NCBI GenBank assembly: GCA_963713195.1
Contig: CAVQKX010000001.1
Span: 108,292-172,291 of the forward strand
Source: an uncultured Alphaproteobacteria bacterium
GTDB lineage: Bacteria > Pseudomonadota > Alphaproteobacteria > Micropepsales > Micropepsaceae
Length of the DNA stretch: 64,000 nt
Direction: 5' to 3'
Shown in pieces: positions 21,280-31,805 of this stretch (its first letter is position 1; every line of letters begins with the position of its first letter). The translations under genes and the position numbers were made by a program. The notes beneath the pieces are model-generated. The model was not told the DNA's origin. It searched no databases and saw nothing but the letters and a program-made list of their open reading frames with translations.

Positions 21280-21306
21280 TGAAATTGCAAACACCACGAT
21301 CCTTCC

Positions 21307-22752
21307 ATGACCCATCCCGACGGCCTGCCCCTGCCGCAGCGCTATTGGGCCATCGTCACCATCGCGCTCGGCATCACCATGGCGGTGATGGACGGCGCAT
21401 CGCCAATGTGGCGCTGCCCACCATCGCGCGCGATCTGCACACCGATGCCGCGTTCTCGATCTGGATCGTCAACGGCTATCAGCTTGCGATCATGATTTCG
21501 CTTCTGCCGCTGGCCGCACTTGGCGAGATCGTCGGGCCACGCACAGTCTATCTCGCGGGCATGGCGCTGTTCACGCTGGCCTCGCTCGCCTGCGCCTTCT
21601 CGCACGACGCTCGCCGAACTTGCCGCCGCGCGCGTGGTGCAGGGATTTGGCGCTGCCGGCATCATGGCGTGAACACGGCGCTGCTGCGCTTTATCTATCC
21701 GCACAAGTTGCTGGGGCGCGGCATCGGCATCAACGCGTTGGTGGTGGCGGTGTCGGCGGCGGTCGGGCCGACGATTGCCGCCGCCATTCTGTCGGTTGCG
21801 AACTGGCCGTGGCTGTTTGCCGTCAACGTGCCCATCGGCATCGCGGCGCTCATCACCGGCTGGAGTAGCCTGCCGCAATTCGCCGCTCGGCAAGCACCGC
21901 TTCGATTATCGAGCGCGCTCTCAGCGCGGTCACTTTCGGCATTCTTATCGGCAGCATCGATGCGCTCGGCCATGGCGAAGCGTTTCCGCTGTTCGTGGCT
22001 GAAATGCGTGTGCGACGTTCGCCATCGGCTATCTGGCTGGTGAAGCGCCAGCTTTCGATGCCCTCGCCGCTGCTGCCGCATCGATCTGTTGCGCATTCCG
22101 ATTTTCGCGCTCTCGGTCGGCACTTCGGTCTGTTCCTTCGCCGCGCAGATGCTGGCGCTGGTTTCGCTGCCGTTTCTCTTGCAGCTCGAACTGCATTTCC
22201 GCGCCGTCGAAACCGGCCTCCTCATCACGCCCTGGGCGATGGCGATCGGCATCGCCGCCCCCATCGCGGGCAGGCTCGCGGACCGCTATTCGGCGGGCAT
22301 TCTGTGGCGGCGTCGGATTGCTGGTGTTTGCGGCGGGCCTTCTGTCGCTCGCCTTCCTGCCGCCGAACCCGACGCATTTCGACATCGTGTGGCGCATGGC
22401 GCTGGCGGGCATCGGCTTCGGCTTTTTCCAGTCGCCCAACAACCGCGCCATGATCGGCGCCGCCCCGCGCGAACGCAGCGGCGGCGCCAGCGGCATGCTC
22501 GGCACCGCGCGCCTGCTCGGCCAGACGACAGGCGCCGCCATCGTGGCGCTGCTGTTCTCGCGCCTGCCCCACGGCGCGCCCACCGTCTCGCTCATCCTCG
22601 CCACGGGGTTCGCACTCGTCGCCGCCGGCGTGAGCTTCGCGCGCCTCTACGATCCAGGCTCCAATCCGCAGTTGCGTGCCCCCAACCCCGAAGCAGATCC
22701 GGCAATGCATGCGAGCGTGTTGCGCAGGGAAAACGACTTACCCTCCCCTTGA
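21307..22752 (+). CDS. MFS transporter (DHA2/YebQ-like)
   Basis: DGLPLPQRYWA, ANVALPTIARDL, GFGFFQSPNNRA, SGGASGMLGTARLLGQ; many frameshifts, 3' end uncertain. Confidence 0.9.
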
Positions 22753-22872
22753 GGGAGGGTCGAAAAATCCGTTTGGATTTTTCGGGGAGGGGTCCGCGTT
22801 GCAGCGTTGACCCCTCCCCGAAAATTCTCCGCTACGCTCCGAATTATCGACCCTCCCTCAAGGGGAGGGTAA
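22738..22872. repeat. REPIN/MITE-like palindromic element, subfamily B1
   Basis: 26-bp perfect terminal IR TTACCCTCCCCTTGAGGGAGGGTCGA; internal TTTTCGGGGAGGGGTC/GACCCCTCCCCGAAAA stem. Confidence 0.92.
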
Positions 22873-22915
22873 AAAATGTGCCAGTATGGTGTGAAGAAAT
22901 CGGATCGCGCATTCC

Positions 22916-24092
22916 ATGAAACTTGTTCGGACAGGGATTGTGGGCCTGTGCATCGCGGCCCTTGCGGCCTGCGCAACCTATGCGCCGGATGGCGCGAAAC
23001 TTCCCGATGCGCCGCGTTTTCTCTTCTGGTCGGAAAAGGAGCAACCGCTCGGCTACCGCTTTATCGAGCGCATCTTTCCCAACGCGCATCGTCGCAAAGG
23101 GCGATCACGTTTCGCCGCTGCCGCTGCATCCGATGAAATACGATGTGCGCTACAAATACAAAGGCGAGATCTGGAGCACCGACCGCTTCATGAAGAACAA
23201 CCGCGTGGCGGGCCTGATCGTGTTGAAGGACGGCAAGGTCGCGCTCGAACGCTACGCGATGGGGCTCACCTCGACGGACAGATGGGAATCCTTCTCCGTC
23301 ACCAAATCGATCACCTCCACATTGATTGGCGCCGCAATCGAAGACGGCTCCATCAAAAGCCTGGACGACGATGTGACCGACTACATTCCCGAACTCAAGG
23401 GCAGCGCCTATGAAGGCGTGACGATCCGCGATCTCATCACCATGACGTCGGGCGTGAAATGGCGCGAGGTCTATACCGATCCCGATTCCGATGTCGCGCA
23501 ATTCTCGCAGCTGATCTATGGCGTCGGCACCAAGCCGGAACTGCGTTATCTCGCGCGCCTGCCGCGCGCCCACAAGCCGGGCACCGTGTTCAACTACAAC
23601 ACCGGCGAGATGTCGCTTGCGGGCTTCCTTGTCGGCCGCGCCACGGGCGAACATCTTGCCGATTACCTCTCGGAAAAAATCTGGACGAAGATCGGCGCGG
23701 GCCGCGATGCGGTGTGGATGATCGACCGGCGCGGCGAAGAGATCGGCGGCTGCTGCATTTCCATGACGTTGCGCGACTATGGCCCGCTTCGGCCAGTTCA
23801 TTCTCGAAGGCGGCAAAGGCGTGTTGCCGAAAGGCTGGGTCGCCGACGCCACGCGCAAACACATAGACAGCGACAACGGCAAACTCGGCTACGGTTACAT
23901 GTGGTGGATCTTGCCGAACGGCACTTACGCCGCCCTCGGCTTCTTCGGCCAGACGATCTACATCGACCCAAAAACATGACATCGTGATCGTCACCAACAG
24001 CGCATGGCGCCAGGCAGCCGATCTCGAAAGCCTTCGACGTGTTGAACGCCTATATCGCGGCTGTGACGAAAACGCTTTCACCCTCCCCTTGA
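22916..24092 (+). CDS. Serine hydrolase, beta-lactamase class C/NylB-like, probable lipoprotein
   Basis: Lipobox LAAC, SFSVTKS (SxxK), FNYNTG, GYGYMWW, GFFGQTIYIDP; C-terminus reconstructed over frameshifts as ...AVTKTLSPSP*. Confidence 0.88.
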
Positions 24093-24207
24093 CGGAGGTC
24101 GAACAAATCTGGAGCGCAGCGGAAGATTTCGGGGAGGGGTCCAGCTCTGCATGACCCCCCCCAAATTTGCACGCAAATTTCGACCCTCCCTCAAGGGGAG
24201 GGTGAAA
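24076..24207. repeat. REPIN/MITE-like palindromic element, subfamily B1
   Basis: TTTCACCCTCCCCTTGA...GGTCGAA / TTCGACCCTCCCTCAAGGGGAGGGTGAAA with internal GGGGAGGGGTC/GACCCCCCCC. Confidence 0.9.
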
Positions 24208-24772
24208 CGCTCGTCAACTTCTCGAAATAGGCAATCGCCTCGGGCGCGTCCCATTCGGCGGGACCGGTGGCGCGCGCGATCTCGCGGCCATGCGGATCGA
24301 TCAGCAGCGTGGTCGGCAGGCCGGGCGTGCGCACCGCCGCCATCAACTTCATGCCCGGATCGGCAAAGGCGGGAAGCTCGGCCGCCTTGTGGTCGATCAG
24401 GAATTGGCCCGCGATCTTGTCGGCATTGCGCTCGACATCGACCGTCACCACCGAGAGCTTCGTGGACGGCATCTGGCGCTGGAGGTTGGCGAGCGCGGGC
24501 AGTTCCTTCACGCAAGGCCCGCACCAGCTCGCCCACAGATTGAGCAGCACATAGCGGCCCCGGTATTTGGAAAGCGCAAGCTTCCGTCCGCCCATATCGG
24601 TAAACGCCACATCGGGCGCGAGGCTCGGCTTTTCCGCCGGTTTCAGCTCGGTAAGCGCCGCTGGCCGCTTGGGCGTTCCATTGCCCTGCGGGATCACATA
24701 TAGAACCAAAGCCGCGCCCGCGACGAGAGCAAGGAGGGCGGCACAAGCAATGAGCAAACGCGAACGGGTCAT
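24191..24772 (-). CDS. tlpA: TlpA family thiol:disulfide oxidoreductase
   Basis: LLNLWASWCGPCVKELP, GLPTTLLID, GPAEWD; divergent from argH as in other alphaproteobacteria. Confidence 0.9.
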   Translation of the reverse strand: MTRSRLLIACAALLALVAGAALVLYVIPQGNGTPKRPAALTELKPAEKPSLAPDVAFTDMGGRKLALSKYRGRYVLLNLWASWCGPCVKELPALANLQRQMPSTKLSVVTVDVERNADKIAGQFLIDHKAAELPAFADPGMKLMAAVRTPGLPTTLLIDPHGREIARATGPAEWDAPEAIAYFEKLTSVSPSP

Positions 24773-24792
24773 GTCGGTTAACCTGAAGTATC

Positions 24793-26175
24793 ATGAGCGC
24801 GAACAAGATGTGGGGCGGCCGTTTCGCAAATGGCCCCTCGGCCATCATGGAGGAGATCAATGCCTCCATCGGTTTCGACAAGCGGCTGGCGAAGGAAGAC
24901 CTCGCCGGATCGCGCGCCCATGCAAGGATGCTGGCCGCCACCGGCATTATTTCCAAAACCGACGGCGACGCAATTCTGAACGGCCTGGACGAGATCGGCA
25001 AAGAGATCGAAGCCGGAACCTTCGCCTTCAAACGTGAATTCGAAGACATTCATCTGAACATCGAGGCGCGCCTTGGCGAAATCGCGGGCGAGGCGGCGGG
25101 GAGGCTTCACACCGCGCGTTCCCGCAACGACCAGGTGGCGACCGATTTCCGCCTCTGGGTGCGCACGGCTTGCGATCATGCCGAAGGCGGATTGCTTGCC
25201 CTCCAGCACGCGCTGCTGGCGCAGGCCGAGGCCCATGCCGAAACCATCATGCCCGGCTTCACGCACATGCAGCCCGCGCAGCCGGTGACCTTCGGCCATC
25301 ATTGCCTGGCCTATGTCGAAATGCTCGCGCGCGATCGCGGACGTTTTGCCGGGGCGCGCGCGCGCATGAACGAATCTCCGCTGGGTGCGGCAGCACTCGC
25401 CGGCACGCCCTTCGCAATCGACCGCAAGGCGACGGCGAAGGAGCTTGGCTTCGCGCACCCGATGCGCAATTCGCTCGATGCGGTTTCGGCGCGCGATTTC
25501 GCATTGGAATTCCTCGCGGCCGCTTCGATCTCAGCCACCCATCTCTCGCGGCTGGCCGAAGAGATCGTGCTGTGGGCGACACCTTCGTTCGGCTTCGTGA
25601 AACTGTCGGATGCGTTCACCACCGGCTCCTCCATCATGCCGCAGAAGCGCAATCCCGATGCCGCCGAACTGGTGCGCGCCAAGATCGGCCGCATCCTCGG
25701 AAGCTTCGTGGCACTCACCACCGTGATGAAGGGCCTCGCACTCGCCTACGCGAAGGATCTGCAGGAAGATAAGGAAGCGGTGTTCGCCGCCGCCGACGCG
25801 CTCGATCTTTCGCTGGCGGCGATGGCAGGCATGGTCGCCGACCTGAAGCCGCAACCGGCCGCGATGCGCAAAGCCGCCGAAGCAGGCTATCCCACCGCCA
25901 CCGATCTGGCGGACTGGGTGGTGCGCAATCTGAAGAAGCCGTTCCGCGAAGCCCACCACATTGCCGGCAGCATCGTGAAACGCGCAGAAGACAAAGGTGT
26001 GCCGCTCGATCAACTGCCGCTCGCCGAAATGCAGGCCGTCGAACCCGGCATCACCAGGGATGTTCTGCCGCAGCTTTCGCTGGAAGCCTCGCTTAATGCC
26101 CGCACAAGCGAAGGCGGCACCGCACCCATCCGCGTGCGCGAACAGGTGGCGTTCTGGAAGGAGCGGTTGAAATGA
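24793..26175 (+). CDS. argH: Argininosuccinate lyase
   Basis: [28 protein letters not shown]. Confidence 0.98.
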   Translation: MSANKMWGGRFANGPSAIMEEINASIGFDKRLAKEDLAGSRAHARMLAATGIISKTDGDAILNGLDEIGKEIEAGTFAFKREFEDIHLNIEARLGEIAGEAAGRLHTARSRNDQVATDFRLWVRTACDHAEGGLLALQHALLAQAEAHAETIMPGFTHMQPAQPVTFGHHCLAYVEMLARDRGRFAGARARMNESPLGAAALAGTPFAIDRKATAKELGFAHPMRNSLDAVSARDFALEFLAAASISATHLSRLAEEIVLWATPSFGFVKLSDAFTTGSSIMPQKRNPDAAELVRAKIGRILGSFVALTTVMKGLALAYAKDLQEDKEAVFAAADALDLSLAAMAGMVADLKPQPAAMRKAAEAGYPTATDLADWVVRNLKKPFREAHHIAGSIVKRAEDKGVPLDQLPLAEMQAVEPGITRDVLPQLSLEASLNARTSEGGTAPIRVREQVAFWKERLK

Positions 26176-26312
26176 GATTTCTTCTCGCGATCCTGCTTGC
26201 ATTCGGCATTTCCGCCTGCGGCGTGAAAAGCGATCTTGTCAAACCGGACAGCAAGCCGACGCCCAAGGATCAACGCGATCCTTCGCGCCCGCCAAACCCC
26301 ATCGGACAATGA
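26172..26312 (+). CDS. Small lipoprotein (LptM/YifL-like)
   Basis: Own translation [46 protein letters not shown]; lipobox ISAC, ATGA overlaps with argH and lysA. Confidence 0.85.
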   Translation: MRFLLAILLAFGISACGVKSDLVKPDSKPTPKDQRDPSRPPNPIGQ

Positions 26313-27574
26313 ACCATTTCGACTACAAAGACGGCGTGCTCCACGCCGAAGACGTGAACTTGGCCGGCCTCGCCCGCGAAGTCGGCACGCCGTTCTATTG
26401 CTATTCCACCGCAACGCTCGAACGCCATTACCGCGTGTTCGCGGCAGCCCTGCCGAAAGGCACGCTCGTCGCGTTTTCCGCGAAAGCCAACGGCAATATC
26501 GCGGTGCTGAAAACGCTCGGCGACCTCGGCGCGGGCGCCGACATCGTTTCGGGCGGCGAACTGGCCAAGGCGCGCGCGGCGGGCATTCCGGCCAACCGCA
26601 TCGTGTTTTCGGGCGTCGGCAAGACGCGCGCCGAAATGAAGCTCGCGCTGGGCGAAGGCATCCACCAGTTCAACATCGAGAGCGAACCCGAACTCGAAGC
26701 GTTGAACGAAGTGGCACTCTCGCTCAACACGCGCGCGCCCATCACCATCCGCATCAACCCGAATGTGGATGCGAAAACCCACGCCAAGATCACCACCGGC
26801 ACATCCGAATCCAAATTCGGCATCCCGTGGGCGCGCGCACGCGACGCCTATGCGCTCGCGGCCCGGCTCAAAGGCATCGAGATCGTCGGCGTCGATGTGC
26901 ATATCGGCAGCCAGATCACCGAGCTTTCGCCGTTTGAAACGGCGTTTGCGCGCGTGGTGGAAATGGTGGGGGTGTTGCGCGCCGATGGGCATGCGATTTC
27001 GCGCATCGATCTCGGCGGCGGATTGGGCGTGCCCTATCGCCACAACAACGAACCGCCGCCCGATCCGGCTGCTTACGGCGCGATGGTGGCGAAGGTTACA
27101 CGCGATGTCGGCGCACAGCTGATCTTCGAACCGGGCCGTTTGATCGCGGCCAATGCGGGCGTGCTGGTTTCCGAAGTGCTCTATGTGAAACGCGGCGAGG
27201 CCAAACAGTTCCTTATCCTCGATGCGGGAATGAACGACCTGATCCGGCCGGCGCTTTACGATGCCCATCACGACATCGTGTCCGTTTCCGGGACAGTTCC
27301 CGGCGCGCCACATGAAACTTACGATGTGGTGGGCCCGGTCTGCGAGACCTCCGATCTTTTCGCGGCCGCGCGCTCTTTGCCGCGGCTGAAATCGGGCGAT
27401 CTCGTGGCGATCCTTTCCGCCGGCGCCTATGGCGCGGTGATGTCTTCGGCCTACAATGCGCGGCCGCCTGCACCCGAAGTTCTCGTGAAGGGCGACAGGT
27501 GGAGTATTGTCCGGCCGCGGCCGAGTTATGAAGCGCTGATTGAGCAAGAACGCCTCCCCGACTGGCTCCGCTAA
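26309..27574 (+). CDS. lysA: Diaminopimelate decarboxylase
   Basis: GTPFYCYS, AKAN, DIVSGGE, HIGSQI, EPGR, GPVCETSD. Confidence 0.97.
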   Translation: MNHFDYKDGVLHAEDVNLAGLAREVGTPFYCYSTATLERHYRVFAAALPKGTLVAFSAKANGNIAVLKTLGDLGAGADIVSGGELAKARAAGIPANRIVFSGVGKTRAEMKLALGEGIHQFNIESEPELEALNEVALSLNTRAPITIRINPNVDAKTHAKITTGTSESKFGIPWARARDAYALAARLKGIEIVGVDVHIGSQITELSPFETAFARVVEMVGVLRADGHAISRIDLGGGLGVPYRHNNEPPPDPAAYGAMVAKVTRDVGAQLIFEPGRLIAANAGVLVSEVLYVKRGEAKQFLILDAGMNDLIRPALYDAHHDIVSVSGTVPGAPHETYDVVGPVCETSDLFAAARSLPRLKSGDLVAILSAGAYGAVMSSAYNARPPAPEVLVKGDRWSIVRPRPSYEALIEQERLPDWLR

Positions 27575-29915
27575 CCGCATCGAGCGGCGGATCGCGCTTG
27601 CGCGCGCAAACCTGTTGTGGGAGCGCGTGTGGAGCGGCCTCTGGCCCGCAAGCGGCATCGCGGCCGCGTTCTGTGCCGCCGCCCTGTTCGGTCTCTTCAC
27701 CATCATTCCCGGCTGGCTGCACGCATTGCTGCTGGCGCTTGCGCTGTTCGCGCTGGCGCTCGCCCTTTACGCGGGCTTCTCCCATTTCATCTTCCCGCGC
27801 TGGAGCGAAGGCGCACGCCGCCTCGAACTGGACAACGCGCTTGCCCATCGCCCGGTCAGCGAAAGCAGGGATGCGCTCGCGGCAGGCAAGGGCGATGTCT
27901 ATGCCGAAGAATTGTGGGCCGCCCATATGCGCCGCGTGCTGGCCGCTTTCGGCACGCTGAAGCTGAACCCGCCCAAACCCGGATTGCAGCAGCGCGATCC
28001 ATATCGCTTGCGCTTCGCAGCCCTGGCACTCCTGATCGGCGCATTTTTCGTGGCGGGTGGCGACTGGAGCAACCGCCTTATCGCATCGCTCGCGCCGCAC
28101 ACCTTCGGCGCCGCATCGATCCCCACGATCGACGCCTGGATCGATCCGCCCGCCTATACGGGCGAGCCGCCCGTCTATCTCGCGCAGAACGCAACCGTCA
28201 CCGCGCCGGAAAATTCTCTGGTGCATCTGCGCGTGCACAATTCGGGCACGCGCCCGCGCGCCAGCGTCTACCCTGCGCAGGACGCGCGCTTTGCGGGACA
28301 AGGCGGCGAATATTCCGCGGCCGTGAAACTCGGCCGGTCATCCGAATTGTCCGTGCGGGCCGGCGGGCTTCGCATCGGCGCGTGGCGCATCAAGATCGTG
28401 CCCGACCTGCCGCCCGTCATCGCGTTTGCCAATCCGCCGAGCAAGACGCCGCAGAACGCGCTCAAACTTTCCTTTACGGCGGGCGATGATTACGGCGTGG
28501 TCGCCGCGCGCGCGATCATCACGCCGGTGGGCCGCAAGGCAAAACCGCTGCCTGTCGATTTGCCGCTAACCGACACCTCGGCCAAAACACTCTCGCAGAC
28601 CGTGTTCCGCGATCTTACCGATCACCCTTACGCCGGGCTCGAAGTGAACATCGTGCTGGAAGCGCGCGACGCGGCGGGCAATCGCGGCCTGAGCAAGCCC
28701 GCGAAATTCAAATTGCCCGCGCGCCTCTTCACCAATCCGCTGGCGCGCGCGCTGATCGAACAGCGCCAGATCCTCGCAAGCGGCGAAGACAAGACGCAGG
28801 ACAAGGTGGCCGACGCGCTGGACGCGCTCACCATCGCGCCGGAACATTTCTACAACGGCAAATCGGGCGTCTATCTCGCGATGCGCGCGGCGCGCTGGGC
28901 CGCGAAAACCGCCAGCCGCCCGGAAGAATTCCAGCGCGCCGAAGACCTGATGTGGCAGACGGCACTTTCCCTCGAGCAGGGCGGGCTGATGCTCGCCGCC
29001 GCCGAATTGCGCCGCCTGCAACAGGCCCTCACCGAAGCGCTCGCCCGCGGCGCACCGCAGGATGAGATCGATGCGCTGCTCCAGCGTTATCGCGAGGCGC
29101 TGCAACGCTACATGCGCTTCATGGCGCAGAACGCCCAGCCGGGAAGTCCCGGCCAAACGCCGCCGAACGCAAAAGTCCTGAGCCAGGACGATCTCGAAAC
29201 ACTGCTCAAGGCGATCCAGCAACTTGCACAAACCGGCGCGCGCGATCAGGCGGCCCAGATGCTCGCCATGCTGCAGAACATGCTCGAAAACATGCAGATG
29301 ACGGCGGGCGCAAGCGGCGGCGGCAAAGGGCAATCGCCGCAGGACAAGGCGATGACCGATGCCATCGGCAAGCTCGGCGACCTGATGGGCAAGCAGCGCG
29401 CGCTGCTCGACAAGACATTGCGCCAGCAGGAAGGCGCAGGTGACCCGAAAGACGGCGGCGAAAAGGGGCTGGCAAAAAAACAGGGCGAATTGCGCGACGC
29501 ATTGAAGGAAATCGAAAAAGGATTGGGCGGACAGAACCCGAAGCCCGACAATCTCGGCCGCGCCGGAAACTCAATGGGCAACGCGCAGAACCAGCTGGGC
29601 GGCAAGGATCTCGACAGCGCCTCGGGCAGCCAGAAGAACGCGCTCGATGCGTTGCGCAGCGGCGCCGATCAACTGGCCAAGGCGCTGATGAACCGTTCGG
29701 GCCAGGGCATGCCGGGCGCGCAAGGCCCGGAAGATCCGCTCGGCCGCGAACAGGGCGGCACGGGCACGATGTTCGGCAACAACGTCAAGGTGCCCGACCA
29801 GATGACGCTCGAACGCGCCCGCTCGATCCTGAAAGAACTCCGCCGCCGCGCCGCCGAACGCGGCAGGCCGAAAGAAGAACTCGATTACATCGACCGGTTG
29901 CTGAAGGAATTCTGA
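27540..29915 (+). CDS. DUF4175/TIGR02302 family membrane-anchored protein
   Basis: LLWERVW, RDPYRLR, IDAWIDPPAYTG, DDYGV, DPLGR, ARSILKELRRR...ELDYIDRLL; typical position after lysA. Confidence 0.88.
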   Translation: MSKNASPTGSANRIERRIALARANLLWERVWSGLWPASGIAAAFCAAALFGLFTIIPGWLHALLLALALFALALALYAGFSHFIFPRWSEGARRLELDNALAHRPVSESRDALAAGKGDVYAEELWAAHMRRVLAAFGTLKLNPPKPGLQQRDPYRLRFAALALLIGAFFVAGGDWSNRLIASLAPHTFGAASIPTIDAWIDPPAYTGEPPVYLAQNATVTAPENSLVHLRVHNSGTRPRASVYPAQDARFAGQGGEYSAAVKLGRSSELSVRAGGLRIGAWRIKIVPDLPPVIAFANPPSKTPQNALKLSFTAGDDYGVVAARAIITPVGRKAKPLPVDLPLTDTSAKTLSQTVFRDLTDHPYAGLEVNIVLEARDAAGNRGLSKPAKFKLPARLFTNPLARALIEQRQILASGEDKTQDKVADALDALTIAPEHFYNGKSGVYLAMRAARWAAKTASRPEEFQRAEDLMWQTALSLEQGGLMLAAAELRRLQQALTEALARGAPQDEIDALLQRYREALQRYMRFMAQNAQPGSPGQTPPNAKVLSQDDLETLLKAIQQLAQTGARDQAAQMLAMLQNMLENMQMTAGASGGGKGQSPQDKAMTDAIGKLGDLMGKQRALLDKTLRQQEGAGDPKDGGEKGLAKKQGELRDALKEIEKGLGGQNPKPDNLGRAGNSMGNAQNQLGGKDLDSASGSQKNALDALRSGADQLAKALMNRSGQGMPGAQGPEDPLGREQGGTGTMFGNNVKVPDQMTLERARSILKELRRRAAERGRPKEELDYIDRLLKEF

Positions 29916-30208
29916 TTATTCGTCCGAGAAAGGCCGTTGCCGTGCAGGATGCTGGATAGTGAGAACGACAAGCTCATCGCGTCCTTCATCCATCCAGTAA
30001 TAAACGAGATACGGGTATTTTCGCGTGACGACTTGCGAACCCCGGTTTCCGTCTGTGCGTGACCGAGCCCGGGGAATTCGAGAAGAATTCGCATGGTCTC
30101 CAATATCGCGGATCGAACGCGGGAAGCGGCGGCCGGATTTTGGTCCCGCAGATAGCGCGATATTTCTCTGATGTCGAGTCCGGCCCGGGGCGTAAGCCTG
30201 AGCTTCAT
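29916..30208 (-). CDS. ParE/RelE family toxin
   Basis: MKLRLTPRAGLDIREISRYL...NPAAA...LLEFPGLG then, after a frameshift near 30035, KYPYLVYY...LTIQHPAR. Confidence 0.85.
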
Positions 30209-30432
30209 GCGTCGAAACTGCGGAACGCTGCTTCCACCTGTTCATCCGTCATGAACTCTCTGCGTCGAGCCTGGGAGAGCCCCTCAAGAACGGCAGGAAG
30301 ATGTGCCGGATCTATTTCTTCCGGTTCGCCGTCATCCTCCAGGAGGCGCAAAATTTCCCTTGCCACCTTATCCTGCTCGTCGGAGGACAGGTGGCGGATG
30401 GCTTCAAAAGCCTCGTCGAGCAACTTCGTCAT
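30205..30432 (-). CDS. Putative antitoxin
   Basis: MTKLLDEAFEAIRHL...EGLSQARRREFMTDEQVEAAF; ATGA overlap with the toxin. Confidence 0.8.
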   Translation of the reverse strand: MTKLLDEAFEAIRHLSSDEQDKVAREILRLLEDDGEPEEIDPAHLPAVLEGLSQARRREFMTDEQVEAAFRSFDA

Positions 30433-30463
30433 GAGACGATAATAGACCCGCGCGCGATCGGGC

Positions 30464-30986
30464 TCAATCCACCCGTGCGATATAGGGCAGGCCGCGATGA
30501 TGGCCCGCGTCGTCCATCCCGTATCCGATCAGGAAACCGTCGAGTCCAGTGAAGGCCGCATAATCGGAACGCGCTTCGGCTTCGGGCCGCCCGCGATCCA
30601 CCATCACGGCGGAGGTCACCGACACGGCGCCTTGTTCGCTCAGCAATTCGCGCGCCTTGGCGAGCGTGCGGCCGCGATCGAGAATGCCATCGAGCAACAG
30701 AATGTTTTGGCCGCGCACGCGCGCCGATGGCCCGATCATCACGGAGATTTCGCGCGCGCCTTCTCGCGCAGCCCGCATAGGATCGCAGCCAGAAGAATTC
30801 GGCCGGAAGATTGAGCCCGCGCCGCGAAAGCGCGCGCAGCAGATCGGCCGCGAACACAAAGCCGCCCACCAGCACCACCGCCGCCATGTCGGGCTTCACC
30901 CGCGCCGACACGATGTCATCGGCCAGCATCGCCATGCGCTGAAAGATTTCGGTCTCGCTGACGAGAACCTGATGCTCCGCGCTCAC
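30464..30986 (-). CDS. hpt: Hypoxanthine phosphoribosyltransferase-like
   Basis: VLVGGFVFAADLLRAL, ILLLDGILDRGRTL, FLIGYGMD...RGLPYI; one frameshift. Confidence 0.85.
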
Positions 30987-30988
30987 AT

Positions 30989-31688
30989 TCAGCCTTTGAC
31001 GAATTTCAGGTCGACATGGCGCGCGCCCGACGGCGGGCTCGGCACCCGCGCCGAAAAGGTCGCGGTCTTTCCGGGCGCCAGGCTTTTGGCATCGGCATCG
31101 ATCTTCCAGTCGAAGAGATCGCGGCGCGCATCGTCGGTGAGTGCTGCGCTGATCCTGGGGATCGCCATCTCATGCGTGGTGATGTTCACCACCTTGCCCT
31201 TGATGTGCAGGATCGGCATGTCGTCTTCGCTGGTCACGCGATAGCTCACATCCTGAAAGGCGAGCCCCACCGTGTTCACATCCAGGCCCACGCCCGCATA
31301 GAAGGTTCCCGTCTGCGGCCACATCGCGACGATGCCCTGACGAAACTGCATGGCGCCCCAACACAGGATCGCCAGCACCGCGATAAGCGCTGCCCAACCC
31401 GCAAGCGCGCCGGCCCGCCAGCCGGCGGGCACCAGCCTTGCGGCTTTCGATCGCGGCCGGCGCGCGTTCGGGCAGCGCGCAACGGTTCGGAGGCCATTGA
31501 GATGTTCGGCGGAAAGGCTCGCCGGCGCTTCCACCATCGGCGGCAGCGATTTCGTCGCCTTCCGGCGCGGGCGCGGGCTGGTGCCAGGTATGGCTGCATT
31601 TGGCGCAACGCACCTTGCGGCCCGCGGGGATGAATTTGGCCGCGTCGGCCTCATAACGTGTCGCACAATTGGGGCAGGTTAAGATCAT
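30989..31688 (-). CDS. MJ0042 zinc-ribbon / DUF3426 protein
   Basis: MILTCPNCATRY...GRKVRCAKCSHTW, TM segment, Ig-like C-terminus; frameshifted. Confidence 0.88.
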
Positions 31689-31779
31689 GGTAACCGTAAG
31701 TCGGGTGGTCCTGAAAATAGGCAGAGCAAAGCCTGCCCCGCAAGCAAAGCACAGCGTTGGTTACGATCATGGTAACCGT
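31677..31779. promoter_or_regulatory. Two 21-bp direct repeats resembling CtrA boxes
   Basis: GGTTAAGATCATGGTAACCGT (31677-31697) and GGTTACGATCATGGTAACCGT (31759-31779). Confidence 0.6.
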
Positions 31780-31805
31780 GGGGCCCGCCAGCTATTTTCC
31801 GAATC

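Noticed and set aside
21124-24207. CRISPR array or integron attC cassette array
   Set aside because: Repeats are long nested palindromes without regular spacers or GTTRRRY cores, and there is no cas or intI gene
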